A DNA stretch of 64,000 nt from positions 275,652,001 through 275,716,000 of the forward strand of contig OZ024740.1 in NCBI GenBank assembly GCA_964016885.1, in the 5' to 3' direction. The stretch is from Eledone cirrhosa (Eukaryota). This document shows positions 50,880 through 64,000 of the stretch, piece by piece (the first letter of the stretch is position 1; the number at the start of each line of letters is the position of its first letter). The position numbers were made by a program, and so were the translations under genes. Under the pieces are notes generated by a model, which was not told the DNA's origin, did not search any database, and worked only from the letters and a program-made list of their open reading frames with translations.

Positions 50880-51443
50880 AAACGAATAGAGAGAGAGACT
50901 GAGCATAAGAGGAATCAAACGCTGTGTGCATGAGAGGAGGTTGGGTTGGTATGGACATGTGATGCGTATGAAGGATGACCGCTGCATAAAAAGGTGCAGA
51001 GCACTAAAAGTTGATAGAACCAAGAAGACATGGGAGGAGGTGATAAAAGCTGACTTTGCCCAATTGCACCTCGCAAAGGCAATGACACAGGACCGTGACC
51101 TCTAGCATCACACAGTAATATACAAGCTGAAGCTGAAGCATATAGACAATATGCCCCCACCCCTCCTACTGCAAAATATTCAAGGAGGTGTCATGTCAAA
51201 AAAGCACTCAGCCCACACTGTAAAGTGGTTGTGTAGGCGCCCTCGCAAAAAAGCCCCCAGCACTCACTGTAAATGAGGTTGGTGTTAGGAAGTCATCCAG
51301 CTGTAGCAATCAAGCCAAAATCAGTTCCCGTATGAGCAAGAGAAGGTCACCTGACCTGGCACTGCCCACAAAAGGACAACCCGTCCAACCCATGCTTGTG
51401 TGGAAGAATGGATGTAAAATGGTGATGATGATGATGATGATGA
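50880..51443 (+). mobile_element. 5'-truncated diverged RTE subfamily copy
   Basis: IRGIKRCVHERRLGWYGHVMRMKDDRCIKRC, then a 3' UTR with 48-bp modules and (TGA)n. Confidence 0.85.
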
Positions 51444-51929
51444 TATATATATATATATATAATCATCATCATCATCATATGTGTACTGTGTTTATATATA
51501 TATATACACACACATTCAAACTTACATTCACTCACATATAGAAGTCCACTACCACAAACCACACAGATATATGTATTACACACACTAACTTTGACCCTTT
51601 ACACAATATAACTTAAAAAAACACACACATTTAAACATACACACACATACACTCACACATAATATCAACACTAATACACACTGACTTCACTTTGCATTCC
51701 AACTTGTTACCAAGACAACTTAACAGTTTGTCTTGTTTACACTCTTTATTTTCGAATTTTTTTTCTTTACTTAGACTACCTTTATTTCTGGATCTCCTTT
51801 GTGATCCTGTCTCTAATTTATACTCCTGAAGAGGGGCTAAAACCCGACACATTGAACTTTCTTCCCCCCTTTTCCATATAAAGTGTGAAACTAATAAGAC
51901 TTTTTGTACCTCTGTTTGCTGTCTCCTTG

Positions 51930-52001
<72 letters not shown>

Positions 52002-52030
52002 ATATATATATATGTGTGTGTGTATATATG

Positions 52031-52109
<79 letters not shown>

Positions 52110-52369
52110 GACAAACAATGTGACAGCATGCTACTACCTCCGCCTCTGGGTCAAAAACATACCACACACTTTTTCTTTGCCTGTTTCTTTAAAGATTACC
52201 ATCATTCCATTGGTATACATTTTTTATTACACAATTTACACAACATGATGAGGTCACCAAGTTCTTATGCAACCTGGCTACCGAAATGTGCAGAGTATTT
52301 ACAGTAATAAAAAATGAAGGAAATTCAACATATTTGGCCTTTATAATATGTATATATATATATATATAT

Positions 52370-52885
52370 TGGTTGGGGCAGCTTTCAACAAGAACAAGGA
52401 AGTAGTAACATCAAAACAAGTTTCCTACCATTTGAAGTCTAAGATCTTTGATACTTACATCCTACCAGTTGTGTTATACAGTCTTGACTGTGTTAATTGA
52501 ATGACAAGGTCACTTCAAAAGCTCTCTACATTTCAGAACCACATCATGAGACTTATGAGAGGAAAGTGGCTCAGTGACCGTATCTGTATTAGTGAGCTGC
52601 TCAACATTACCAAACTTAGACCAATTACATCAATTGTAAAGTCAAGAGTACTCAAACTATACGGTCATATAAAAAGATCAACTCATAGTGTAAGTAGGTT
52701 ATGCCTGGACGGAAGGTTCTGGTAAGAGAAGCAGAGGCCGGCAGCCAAAACGATGGCTTGATAATGTCAACTTATGGACTGGACTTGATCTTTGCTCTTT
52801 GAACTCTGCTGCTGGAGGTGATCGAACTTTGTGGAGAAAGATATGTTAATGCACAGTCTGCAACTGGTGGAGTTTAGCATCACAA

Positions 52886-52890
<5 letters not shown>
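52370..52890 (+). pseudogene. 3' fragment of a third LINE family (RTE-like C-terminus)
   Basis: WAAFNKNK...LPVVLY...FQNHIMR...LKLYGHIKR...GKRSRGRQPKRWLDNV; flanked by (TA)n on both sides. Confidence 0.75.
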
Positions 52891-52933
<43 letters not shown>

Positions 52934-54558
52934 AGTGTCTACAGTGCAGAGTGGGTAATATTTTGATGTAAAATTCCAATAATGAGCTTCACTGTTTCAA
53001 CTTAATTTCCATAAGTTTGCAGCCATAATTCTGCTTGTCTTACAAGTGTCTAATGCATAACAAATATATAGAAATATTTTATGTTAATTCTTGCATGCTT
53101 GCATAAATTGGATGAGTCTTCCCTAGAACAATGCTCTTTTGATATCCTCTTTGTAAATTTCAGCATTCTAAATGCCCCAAACCTTTTTATTCTCAGTCAT
53201 CTGCTTCTGCTGGTTTCTTTTACTTGCTTTGTTTAGCACTTATCTAACTGTAATCCTCCATAAGCATCACATATCCATATAAATTTAATCTTTTCACTGG
53301 CATATCACATCTAATTCTTCTTATATCCAGTCTTTTTCTCAGCTCATTTGAGCTTCTTCTTCTTCTTCTTCTTCTTCTTCACTACTGCCTCCTTATTGGC
53401 AGTATCATCCCCCCCCTCTCTCTCTCTCTCTCTCTGACACACTTACTCTCCTTTTTGTTTCATTTACTCTATCAGTGACACTCTTATTTTCATTATATAA
53501 TGTCTTACTCTCTCCCCATTCCTCTCACTCTGTCTTTCTCCCTCCTTATATATCTCAATTCCCCTCTCCAGAAATCGGTACATAAAATTCAAAATTCTGT
53601 TGGTAAATAAACTTGATAAAATTACATATTCCTTCATCTGCCAATAATGTAGATTTTACTCAGAGAAAGAGATTGTAAGAAAGAAAGAGAGAGAAGGAGA
53701 GAGAAAGAGAGGGGGAGAGAGAGAGAGAGAGAAAGGGAGGGAGAAATAGAGAGAAAGGAAAGGTGGGAGGGAGAGAGAGGAAGAAAGACAGGGACAGGCA
53801 AAGAGAGATAAGAGATACAGAGAAAGTGAGAGAGGGAGAGAGAAAGGGGGGGAGAAATAGAGAGAAAGGAAAGGTGGGAGGGAGAGAGAGGAAGAAAGAC
53901 AGAGAGAGAGGAAGAGATACAGAGAAAGAGAGAAAGAGAGAGATAGAGAGAGAGACAGGGAGGGAATGAGGGAAAGGGAGTGCAAAAGAAAACATGAACT
54001 ATTTTTTTTTAAAAGAGAAAAATTGTAAAATAATAAAAGAAATTAAATAAATAAAAGAAATATTGTAAAAAAAATATTGTAAAAACAACAACCCCAAAAC
54101 AAGATATTACATCATGCAATAGCGCAATTGCAGAGTCTGTTACTTTTCTGTAATTTTCTTTTACCTTTATATATTTCATATAACAATTGTGATACAGTGT
54201 GTTATTTTTTATGTAGAGCTGGGTAGACATGAAAGTGAAGTTATTTACACAGATCTCAACATGCATTATGTATATTTACAGATTTACGGTGCCAAATGTC
54301 ACTGTCAGTTTTCAGTTTTAAGTTTTATACTGAAGTCTGGAAGAAACCAGAAGTTTAACAAAAAATATATATGTAGGGTGTTGGTTATATATATGGCTAT
54401 CTGGTTAAGGAATTTGCTTCACAACCATTTGGTATTGAGTTCAATTAAGCTGCTCAGCAATTTGGGAAAGTATCTTATTCTATAAGCTCAGGCTGACTAA
54501 TACTTTGTGACTGAAATTTGGTAGATGGAAACTGCAGAAGTGTAGCATATATATATCT

Positions 54559-54830
54559 CATCATCATCACTATTTAATGTCCATTTTTTCCACACTGGCA
54601 TGGGTTAGATGAGTTATCCTGTTGCAAGCAATGCCAGATCAGGTGACCATATCTTGCTCATGCAGAACTGATTTGGGGTTGGTTTCTACAGCTGGATGCC
54701 CTTCCTAATGCCAACCTCATTTACAGTGAATACTGGGTGTTCTTTGTCGTGACACCTACATGACCACTTTACAGTGTGGACTGGGTGACTTTTGTCATGT
54801 TACCATCATGACCACTTTAAAGTGTGGGCT
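54559..54830 (-). mobile_element. RTE-type 3' tail with 48-bp modules
   Basis: TTTCTACAGCTGGATGCCCTTCCTAATGCCAAC and repeated TTTACAGTG...GACCAC units. Confidence 0.75.
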
Positions 54831-56228
54831 GGAGGTTTCATTGGATGTATACTTCAGCTTGTCCTCCTGGGAGATCTATGGGAGTGGATGGGAGGAGTGA
54901 GGCATACTATATTTATGTTTCATCTTTGGCCTGTGCCTTTGGGTAGTTGGGTCTTCTGTATTACTGTGAAACACCAGAGATCTCGGTCCTATGTCAGGAG
55001 TAGTGGCAGATCCTTGATAAAATTCTCCTAGTATATACTATGAAATGGTTGGCATTAGGAAAGGCATCCAGCCATAGAGACCATGCCAGAATGGAATATA
55101 TGAGCGATGTGTAGTCATCTGATCTGTCAGGCCACAGAATATGACAACCCATTTAACAAATGCAAGCATGGAAAATAGATAAAAAATGGTGAGGATGATG
55201 ATGAGGACGAGGAAGAAGTAGCAGAGAAGTATATTTCTGCCAAACCACTACATTTGTGATCCTATATTATAACTAATATTAACAAGCTGTAAATGTAGAT
55301 TATACAGACAGACACATGCACACATAATTTCTTACATATAAATGTGAAATATTTCAAAACTCTTAGTTTCAGGGTGCAGCTAGTAAACTATATTACATCC
55401 ATGACTTGCCTCAGTAATTAACCATGTATTCAAAGCAGTTTCACCATACAACCGAAAGAAATATAATGATAATGATGATGATAATAACAACAACAACAAC
55501 AACAACAATAACAACTACATTGTAGGAAGAATAACAACAACAACATTTCTAATACTCTAGCATGTAACTCATCACCAAGGCAAGCATACATTCTGATTTT
55601 GTTTCATATAGTGTTAACACACCTCTGCAAAATTGAATAAGAAATATATATAATTAATTTTTTTTTTTTCTTTATTATCTCTTTTGTCATTTCTACATAA
55701 GCTGCATCTTGATATTCCAGGTAAAATGTTCACATTAAGACTGGATAACATATCAGTTTTAAAAATGTCAATTTAAACAAATACAAAAAATAAAATCTCA
55801 TGTTTTATTTTTTTTATTATTAAGAAAGTATTTGTTTTCAATTTTTTTTTCATTTTTATTTATTTTCTTTTACTGTCTTTGAATTTTAACAGTATTTAAA
55901 AATTTGATGACATATTCAGATATTTAAATTGCCATTTAAATACGATAAGTATTTCGGTATTTAAACTCTGATAGATTTTAACCCTTTTTAAGATAATTTT
56001 ACTGCAGATTTTTCGTTTAGATAATGTAAATTTAAAAAAAAAAAATGGTTTTGTAATAAGATCTCACACACAACAATAATGGATGAATAAATACACATGA
56101 GCATACACACCAACATACACACACACATAGACAATCATGCATATATTTTAACAGGCTTGGTAAAAAAAGAATATAAATATATATATATATTATATATATA
56201 TATACACATATATATATATATATACATA

Positions 56229-56305
<77 letters not shown>

Positions 56306-56864
56306 AACATACATATATATATATGTGCACACGCTCACACACACACATATATATGTGTGTGTTTACATGCACATATAAACAACAACTAAAATAAAGACTG
56401 TCAGAAAGAGAATGTTCCATTAAAGTAAAGAAAGAGCTGAAATGCAATCAGAACCCAAAGATAGAAAGACTATCAATTTCATTGCCATTAGAATTAGGTT
56501 TCAATCTTGATGCAAATCTTCAGCATTAATCAACATGTTCAATATTGCTTGGGCATTATGACAAAATTACTATTTGCCATTGTTAACCATTATTACCATT
56601 GTTACATCACTGAAGAATTGACCTTTTGATCCTCTTCTACTGCTTTCCTGACAAATAAATTTCATTAATTCTATCTAAGACATGCTTTAAGTAAAGTTAT
56701 AAATATATATTCTTATATCTGTATGCATTAAGTATTGGGTGATTTCAGAGTCATTAGAGCATAGGATAGAATGCTTTGTGGTGTTTGTCCTGGCTCTCTT
56801 CTCTCCTAGTTCGAATTTCAACATGGTCAGCTTTGACTTTTATACGTTCATTCTCATCATGATC

Positions 56865-57150
56865 ATGATCATGATCATCATTATATTCCTCACCATTTGT
56901 ATGGCCTTTTTTCCACATTTGCATGGATTAGATGGGTATTTCTCAGCGTAGTATCTCTCCACTTGCCGCAGTCCTTTGTTATCTCATCTGTGAGTTTTAA
57001 TGATGTGGGGGTCAGCTCTCACCACCTCAGCCAAGATCTTTCTTAATCTACTTCTACTGCGGCTTTCTTCGACTTGGATTTCCTGGCAATTCTTCACCCA
57101 GTGATCACCATGCATGCATCTCACAGGTTTGTACCAATGCAGTCTACTTT
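56865..57150 (-). pseudogene. Old RTE C-terminal fragment with tail
   Basis: Minus strand SRLHWY...HWVKNCQEIQVE..RSRSRLRK.L.EVV.AD, then a CCATGCAA..TGG hairpin. Confidence 0.55.
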
Positions 57151-58120
57151 CATATTTGATATATAAAAGTCAATTTTTCTTTTCTCTCTTTATCACATTC
57201 TGTCTCTCTCTCACACACTTTCTCTTTGAAAGAAATTAAATGTTGTCATAATTAGAGAGGGATTTAGCTCTACTAGGTTTGACCAGTTCACATTACATCA
57301 TACATTACATTCCTACCACTTCATCAGAACCTGAGTGCCCCATGCATGCAAAGACAAAAATCATATATATTTTGTCCTGCTGTAAAATTAGGCACACGTG
57401 GTTTTTTTGAGGCCATTTATTGGTTTGTTCTTCATCTCTAGTTGCCAAAAATGATTTTGCAAGTCTAATTTCACTCAGAGACCAAGTGCATATAGTAAGG
57501 TTAAATATGTATAGATATAAATCCATATATATATCTATTCATGACTCATGCTTTGTTCATATTTTATTGACATCAAAAATTATAAAACAGCATTGTTTAC
57601 CTAGTTGCTATTTCTAGGAATTTTGAATGACAACATAGAGAGGCTCCTATGTTAAATCATATAGAGCAAACTACATTTCTATGGACCACAGCAGAATAAT
57701 TTTTATGACCTATATTTTCCTAACACTGGGTAATTTTTCCATTTTAATAACATTTATATTACAGTTTATTGCAATTTACCCATAGAATATGATAGAATGG
57801 AGAAAACAGAATTCATCAAAAGTGAAAATGGAAAAAAGGGAATTTATCAAAAGTAAAATTGGAATTAAGGAAAATTTGAAATGGAAAATTTGTTCCCCTT
57901 CATTTTATACAAATTCAGATACCCCATTTACTATCATATTTATATTAATTTTGATAAAAAATAAAATAAAAAGCTGCATTATCATTGTTGGAAATCATAA
58001 CCCCTAATCTCACTTTTGGCCCACTGTACATCTTTCCCATGATGTAATAGACTTTTTGAGTTCTTGAGTTTGACACCTCAGTTAGAGAGAATTCTCTTTT
58101 GTTTTGTTATATTTCTTTAA

Positions 58121-58341
58121 CCCATTAGCATCTAAATCATCCATATCCAGCCAGAAACCTCTCAAATCTTTCTGTTCAAACTGACTGTAACCAGCCACTT
58201 ATACTGACATTATGGTATTATTCTCAAAATAAATGATATCAAAATCTCATAGATTCGATATTATCTATGATAATTATGTGAGATAAAGTGTTTACTGTAA
58301 AAGTTCAATAGCAAATGTAGAGTAATGTAAATGCTAAAGGG
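58121..58341 (+). mobile_element. piggyBac-type MITE
   Basis: TTAA-CCCATTAGCATCTA ... TAAATGCTAAAGGG-TAA. Confidence 0.8.
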
Positions 58342-58713
58342 TAAGAGAGAAAAGAAGCTATTGTATGTGAGAGTCATCAAGATACTGTTGCTACTATTGT
58401 TCACTAAGCCAATGAGGCATCTACATAGTTGCTCAGCTGACTAGAAATAGCAGGCAATTCTTCCTTAAATCATGCTATAACCTCTAATAAAAGGACACAC
58501 TGGATATTGTGCTCCTGAGTTCTCTGCATATAGGTAAAAGATGGGCTGGCCATAGCTGGAATGTCTTCTTGATCAAGGTTAACTTGAAACTAAACAGCAA
58601 TAACAACTGTTGGCTGAACAACTGCTGTCCAGCCACATGTTCCTTTTGATTGAGCAGATATATGAACAAAGGCACTCCAAACGTGACTACCTCATATTAT
58701 TTTTTATGATTAT

Positions 58714-58925
58714 GGCGGTGGATTGATAATGACAGTGGATTGGCAGTATTGATAGAGGGTCGGACACCATGCTTTGCAACAAAGAGTTACGGCCCTTTAT
58801 GGTCTGAGTTCAAATTCTGCCGAGGTTAACTTTGCCTTTCCTCCTGATGGGGTCGATAAAATAAAGTACCAGTAATATCCCAGCGAATAATTGCTGGCCT
58901 TGTGCCAAAAAGTAGAAACAATTAT
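58714..58925 (+). mobile_element. SINE family A
   Basis: Full head, central domain and tail; short 5' duplication. Confidence 0.82.
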
Positions 58926-59528
58926 TTTTATGATTAAAATGTGTGCTCTTTTTTAAAACATATAATGTGTATACCAAAGGAGACCTGGCTGCTATTATTC
59001 ACAAATTTGAGCTATTACCTAGAGGCTTCCACATTGGTTCATGTTGTAACTCCTAGGCTGCTTTGTTTGTTGTGTCTGCTGGAAAAAGGATGTGTTGCTG
59101 GTGAGAGGTGTTACCATCTCAAGCAATTGAAATGAAAATGAAATAATGTATGAAGTATAAAAAAAAAATCTCTTAACAGAATTGCTCATTGTCAGCATTG
59201 AAGCATTACAGAAGAGTGTTTTAGTGAAGAGGAAATCAAACCCAACATTTCAAATTTCTCAACAAAGTCAGAACTGAACAAGCATGAAACATTAAATGAA
59301 GCACAACATATTCATGTCATAATCTAAAGCAGGTAGCTTGCTACTAATTTTACCACCTTTGGTATGGACATAATAATACAAGCTTGGAGAACAGCTGCAG
59401 GGTGTTATTCTATAGCAATAAACGAAATTGATAACAAATGGCCTAAACTCCACATGAAGAACAATTACATGTAGGAAATCAATGAACATGCAGGAAAGTG
59501 TAGGATATTATTCAATTATTGGAAAAAA

Positions 59529-59751
59529 GGGCAGTGGATTGGCAGTATTGGTAGAGCATCGGACAGTATACTTTGTGGCATAGAGTTCAGAACCTTTATA
59601 TTCTGTGTTCAAATGTTGCCGAGGTAAGCTTTACCTTTCATCCTTATGGGGTCAATAAAATAAATTACCAGTAATGTACTGAGGTTCATTTAATCAACTT
59701 TCCCCACCAAAAAAAAAAATTGTTAGCCGTGTACCTAAATCAAAAACCATT
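59529..59751 (+). mobile_element. SINE family A, diverged
   Basis: GTGGATTGGCAGTATTGGTAGAG ... CCTTTCATCCTTATGGGGTCAATAAAAT. Confidence 0.75.
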
Positions 59752-60094
59752 AAATTAGATGGGAAAAAAACAAAACAATCATACTGATTTCTTAAAATTA
59801 GTCATTATGGCACCTGACAAAACTGTATTATAAGAGTTCTTCTAGCTCTTTGCATTCTGCTTAAAATTCTTGCTGAAGGTCGATAGATAAATTCATTAGT
59901 TTAGGGTGGTGAACCAGTTGCATTCCGAGTTCAAATTCCACAATATCCCACTTGGGTGGTATATCTAATGCATCACAGTTTTAATACCATAGACAAACAC
60001 AAACACGACTCCAGTTGCATTTTCGATTTCTTTTCCTTATACTTTAACTCGTGTAAGACATCTCGCTTTTTGCGTTTAAAAAACCTAATTTTCT

Positions 60095-60562
60095 TCATCA
60101 TCATCATCATCATCGTTTAACGTCCATGTTCCACGCTTGCATGGGTTTGGACGGGAGTTTTCCCACTTGAGGCAAGAGTGGTTGTCTTGCTCGCATAGGA
60201 CTGTCTGGCGGGTTTTCTACAGTTGGATGCCCTTCCTAACACCAACCACATTTACAGTGTGGGTCTGGGAGGTTTTTACCGTGTTGCCTACATGGCCACA
60301 TTACAGCGTGGACTGTCTGGCGGGTTTTCTACAGCTGGATGCCCTTCCTAACACCAACCACATTTACAGTGTGGGACTGGGAGGTTTTTACCGTGTTGCC
60401 TACATGGTCACATTACAGAGTGGACTGTGTGTTTTTTTGTCGTGACACCTACACGATCTCATTTGTTTCGGCCTGGATTTTGTGGCCCCAACATAACTTT
60501 ACATTGAAAGGGGCGGTGTGGGGGTAGTGGGACAGGGGTGTATTTTGTTAGAGATGCCTACT
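60095..60562 (-). mobile_element. RTE 3' UTR copy with internal 112-bp tandem duplication
   Basis: Reverse complement of the copy-1 UTR; GGACTGTCTGGCGGG at 60198 and 60310. Confidence 0.9.
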
Positions 60563-60564
60563 TT

Positions 60565-60620
<56 letters not shown>

Positions 60621-61190
60621 AAAGGTAAACAGAAATAACAACACAATAGGTACAGTATATGGAAGGGATATATTAGGTTAACGCTTGATTTAGCAGGAAG
60701 GTGCTTACACGATAATGGCTCATGACTTAGTGATTGTAGCATCAGGCTTACAATTGTGAGGTTGTGATTTTAATTTCCAAACTTAGTGGAGTATTGAGTC
60801 CTTGAGCAAGTCACTTTATTTCCTGTTGTTCCAATTCACTCGGCTGGAGAAAATGAGTTGCAATGTCACTGGTGGCAAGCTGTATTGGCTTTTGCTATTC
60901 TCTTGGTCAAGAATGGTAGCATGGAGAGAAAAAGACTAACTCCTGCACCTTTCCTTTGTTTTAGCTTCGTTTCTACAGTTAGATGGCATGCTTAATGTCA
61001 ACCACATTACAGCATATACTGAGAGCATGGTATATATGGCTGGATGCCTTTCACAATGTTAAATGGAAGCATTTTGTGAACAGGGAGAGTGATTTGGGTG
61101 TTATTTGTTGTGGTACCAGCACTTTTATCTATCTATCTATATCTCTTTCTTTCTCTCTCACTCTCTCTTTCTCTCTCTCTCTATATATAT

Positions 61191-61290
61191 ATAATTGTTT
61201 CTACTTTTGGCACAAGGCCAGCAATTATCCCAGTACATTACTGGTACTTTATTTTATCGACCCCGTAAGGATGAAAGGCAAAGTAAACCT
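61191..61290 (-). mobile_element. SINE family A, 3' half
   Basis: Same as 764-868; flanked by TA runs. Confidence 0.8.
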
Positions 61291-61395
61291 ATATATATAT
61301 AATGAAGGAAATGTGGTAAGGAACCAGGTGGACCATCCCTCTCTCTCTCTATATATATATATATATTATATATATACACACACACATATATATAC

Positions 61396-61429
<34 letters not shown>

Positions 61430-61430
61430 G

Positions 61431-63227
61431 TCATCATCATCGTTTAACGTCTAGCTTCCACGCTAGCATGGGTTTAGACGGGAATTCTCCTATGTGAGGC
61501 AAGATTGGTTGTTTTGCTCGTATCGGACTGTCTGGCGGGTTTTCTACGGCTGGATGCCCTTCCTAACACCAACCACGTTTACAGTGTGGACTGGGAGGTT
61601 TTTACCATGTTACCTACACGGCCACATTACAGCGTGGACTGTGTGTTATTTTTTTGTCGTGACACCTACACGATCTCATTTATTTAGGACTGGATGTTGT
61701 GGCACCAACATATCTTTACAGATAAAGGGGGTAGATGTGGGTGGGATAGGGGTAGTGAGATGGGGGTGCATTTTGGGTTAGGAGGTGCCTACTGACTGTA
61801 GGTTTTGCTTTGTACTTAGGCAAGGTGGGTCTTCTGTATTACTGCGTAGTGCCAAAGATCTTGGTCCAGTGACATTGTCTTGGAGAGGTATAAGTATCTA
61901 AGGTCGGAATTTATCAAATCTTCCCAGGTTTTTCTGGGTCTGACTACTCCGTAGCTGCCATCTATTTTGATCGCCCTACACTTTTTTATACAGCTGTTGC
62001 CTTTCATGAGCATCACGTGACCATACCAATGTAGTCTTCTCTCGAGTAAACAACATCTGATCCCTCTTATTTCTAATTTCTCCGTTAGTTCATTTATGCT
62101 TTGCCATTCACGTATATTACTATTACACATCCAAAGGAGTATGCAAGCTTCGTTCTTCTCCAGTCTACGTATATCCTCTGCACACAATGCCCAGGTCCAC
62201 TGCCATGTAACATTGCTGTTCGTATGCAGGCATCATACAGCCTGCCTTTTATTTTTAGAGAGAAACCTTTAGCGGCCAATAGTGGTATAAGCTCTCTGAA
62301 CTTTTTCCATCCCGTTCTGACTCTAGCTACTGTACTTTCCGAGCACCCTCCACCACTGCTGATTTTGTCACCCAGGTAACGGAAGGTGTCCACTATTTCT
62401 ATAGAACCATCTGGGCAATGGAATGAGCTAGTATTCAGTGGGCACTTGCTGCTACTTATTGCACCTGAGCACCGGCCACATATAAAATCTATATTCTTAG
62501 TTAGATTACCTGTGATCCAACTACATCTTTTATGCACCCATGCTTTGCATTTGGGACATAAAATGGAGTTTCTGCCTACTCCTTTCCTACACACTGAGCA
62601 TGGCCATTTCCCAGAGGGGACCAGTGCCCTATTTTCCTTCCTACATACTAGAACTTTAGTCTTAGACAAGTTAATTTTAAGGCCTTTTGATTCTAGGCTG
62701 TGCTTCCAAGTTTGGAAATTCTCCTCTAGTTCAGCCACTGATTCAGCTATGAGTGTTAGATCATCTGCGTATAGAAGTTCCCATGGGCAGCCGGTCTTGA
62801 ACTCCTCTGTTATAGCCTGAAGGGCAATAATAAATAGGAGGGGGCTAAGGACAGACCCCTGATGAACACTGACTTTTATGCTAAATTCTTCACTATATTC
62901 GTTGTTAATTCTAACCTTGCTGACTGTTTCTTTATATATGGCTTGTATAGCTCTCACAAGCCATTCGTCAACACCTAGTTTTCTCAGAGCCCACCAGATA
63001 ATGGAGCGGGGGACTCTGTCAAAGGCTTTCTCCAAATCAACAAAAGCTAAGTATAGGGGTTTACTTTTAGCTAGGAACTTCTCCTGTAGTTGTCGTACAA
63101 GGAAAAGAGCGTCTGTGGTACTTTTACCTAAGACAAACCCAAACTGCATTTCATCTAGATCAATTCGCTCTCTGATTAGTTGCGCTATAACTCTTTCTGT
63201 GAACTTAATGACCTGGTCAATTAATTT
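61431..63227 (-). pseudogene. 5'-truncated RTE sister copy (RT + PHD-like finger + 3' UTR)
   Basis: ORFs 62094-63275 and 61816-62187 are colinear with copy 1; one frameshift at GSETW (~62195); bounded by (TA)n. Confidence 0.93.
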
Positions 63228-63477
63228 ATGTATATATATATAAGCACGTGGTGCTCCAGCTTGCCCATAATCCAATGAATTGCTGAAACTGAATATGTAT
63301 GTATGCTCTTAAACAGGTTTCATCCAGTAATTGTCCAGGCCATGTCTAACTTAAAACCATCTAATAATATATATGTGTGTTTGTGTGTATATATAAATAT
63401 ATTTATATTTATGTATCTATCTATGTATTTATATATATGTATATATGTATATATGTATATATATATATATATATATA

Positions 63478-64000
63478 GTAGGCAGACCCAGAAAAACCTG
63501 GGACGACTTGATAAATTCCGACCTCACACACTTACACCTCTCCAAGACAATGTCACTGGATCGAGATCTGTGGCGCTACACAGTAATAGAGAAGACCCGC
63601 CTTACCTAATTACAAAGTGAAACCTACTACAGTCAGTAGGCACCTCTAACAAAATACACCCCCGTCCCACTACCCCCAACCCATCCACACCACCCCTTTC
63701 AATGTAAAGTTATGTTGATACCACAACATCCAACCCGAAACAAATGAGGTCGTGTAGGTGTCACAACAAAAAAACACAGTCCACGCTGTAATGTGGGCGT
63801 GTAGGTAACACGGTAAAAACCTCCCAGTTCCACACTGTAAATGTGGTTGGTGTTAGGAAGGGCATCCAGCCGTAGAAAACCCGCCAGACAGTCCTATACG
63901 AGCAGGACAACCACTCTTGCCTCAAGTGGGAAAACTCCCGTTCAAACCCATGCAAGCGTGGAAGATGGACGTTAAACGATGATGATGATGATGATGATGA
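63478..64000 (+). mobile_element. 5'-truncated RTE 3' end running to the window edge
   Basis: GRPRKTWDDLINSDL..., 3' UTR and (TGA)n; starts right after a (TA)n run. Confidence 0.9.

Noticed and set aside
59180-59520. Coding-like unique sequence with few stops
   Set aside because: No recognisable motif, in-frame stops present and no clear splice pair; cannot be assigned by eye.
63228-63275. N-terminus MDYGQAGAPRAYIYIH of the 393-aa RT ORF as a domesticated gene start
   Set aside because: Flanking and TA sequence is fortuitously in frame with a 5'-truncated, frameshifted LINE.

Overview
AT-rich, repeat-saturated eukaryotic DNA with no convincing host protein-coding gene, so intergenic or deep intronic. 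The (TA)n/(ATG)n richness and the SINE/RTE families resemble octopus (coleoid cephalopod) genomes; this is an inference from pattern, not a database hit. Main contents: (1) An apparently full-length RTE-clade LINE (~885-4895) with an uninterrupted endonuclease-RT ORF carrying a C4HC3 PHD-type finger inside the RT C-terminal region, plus several 5'-truncated sister copies ending in (TGA)n. (2) Two tRNA-derived SINE families, one sharing the RTE 3' tail. (3) piggyBac-, hAT- and Tc1/mariner-type MITEs. (4) A ~10.1 kb array of a 39-bp satellite with a recurring 32-monomer higher-order period. (5) Several minisatellites and palindromes. (6) A short dispersed repeat (7700-7950, 26400-26535, 49841-50017) containing type I hammerhead ribozyme cores, arranged head-to-head as a palindrome with the same junction at two loci. 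The many long ORFs in the track over satellite and microsatellite DNA are artefacts. All alignments and folds were done by eye.
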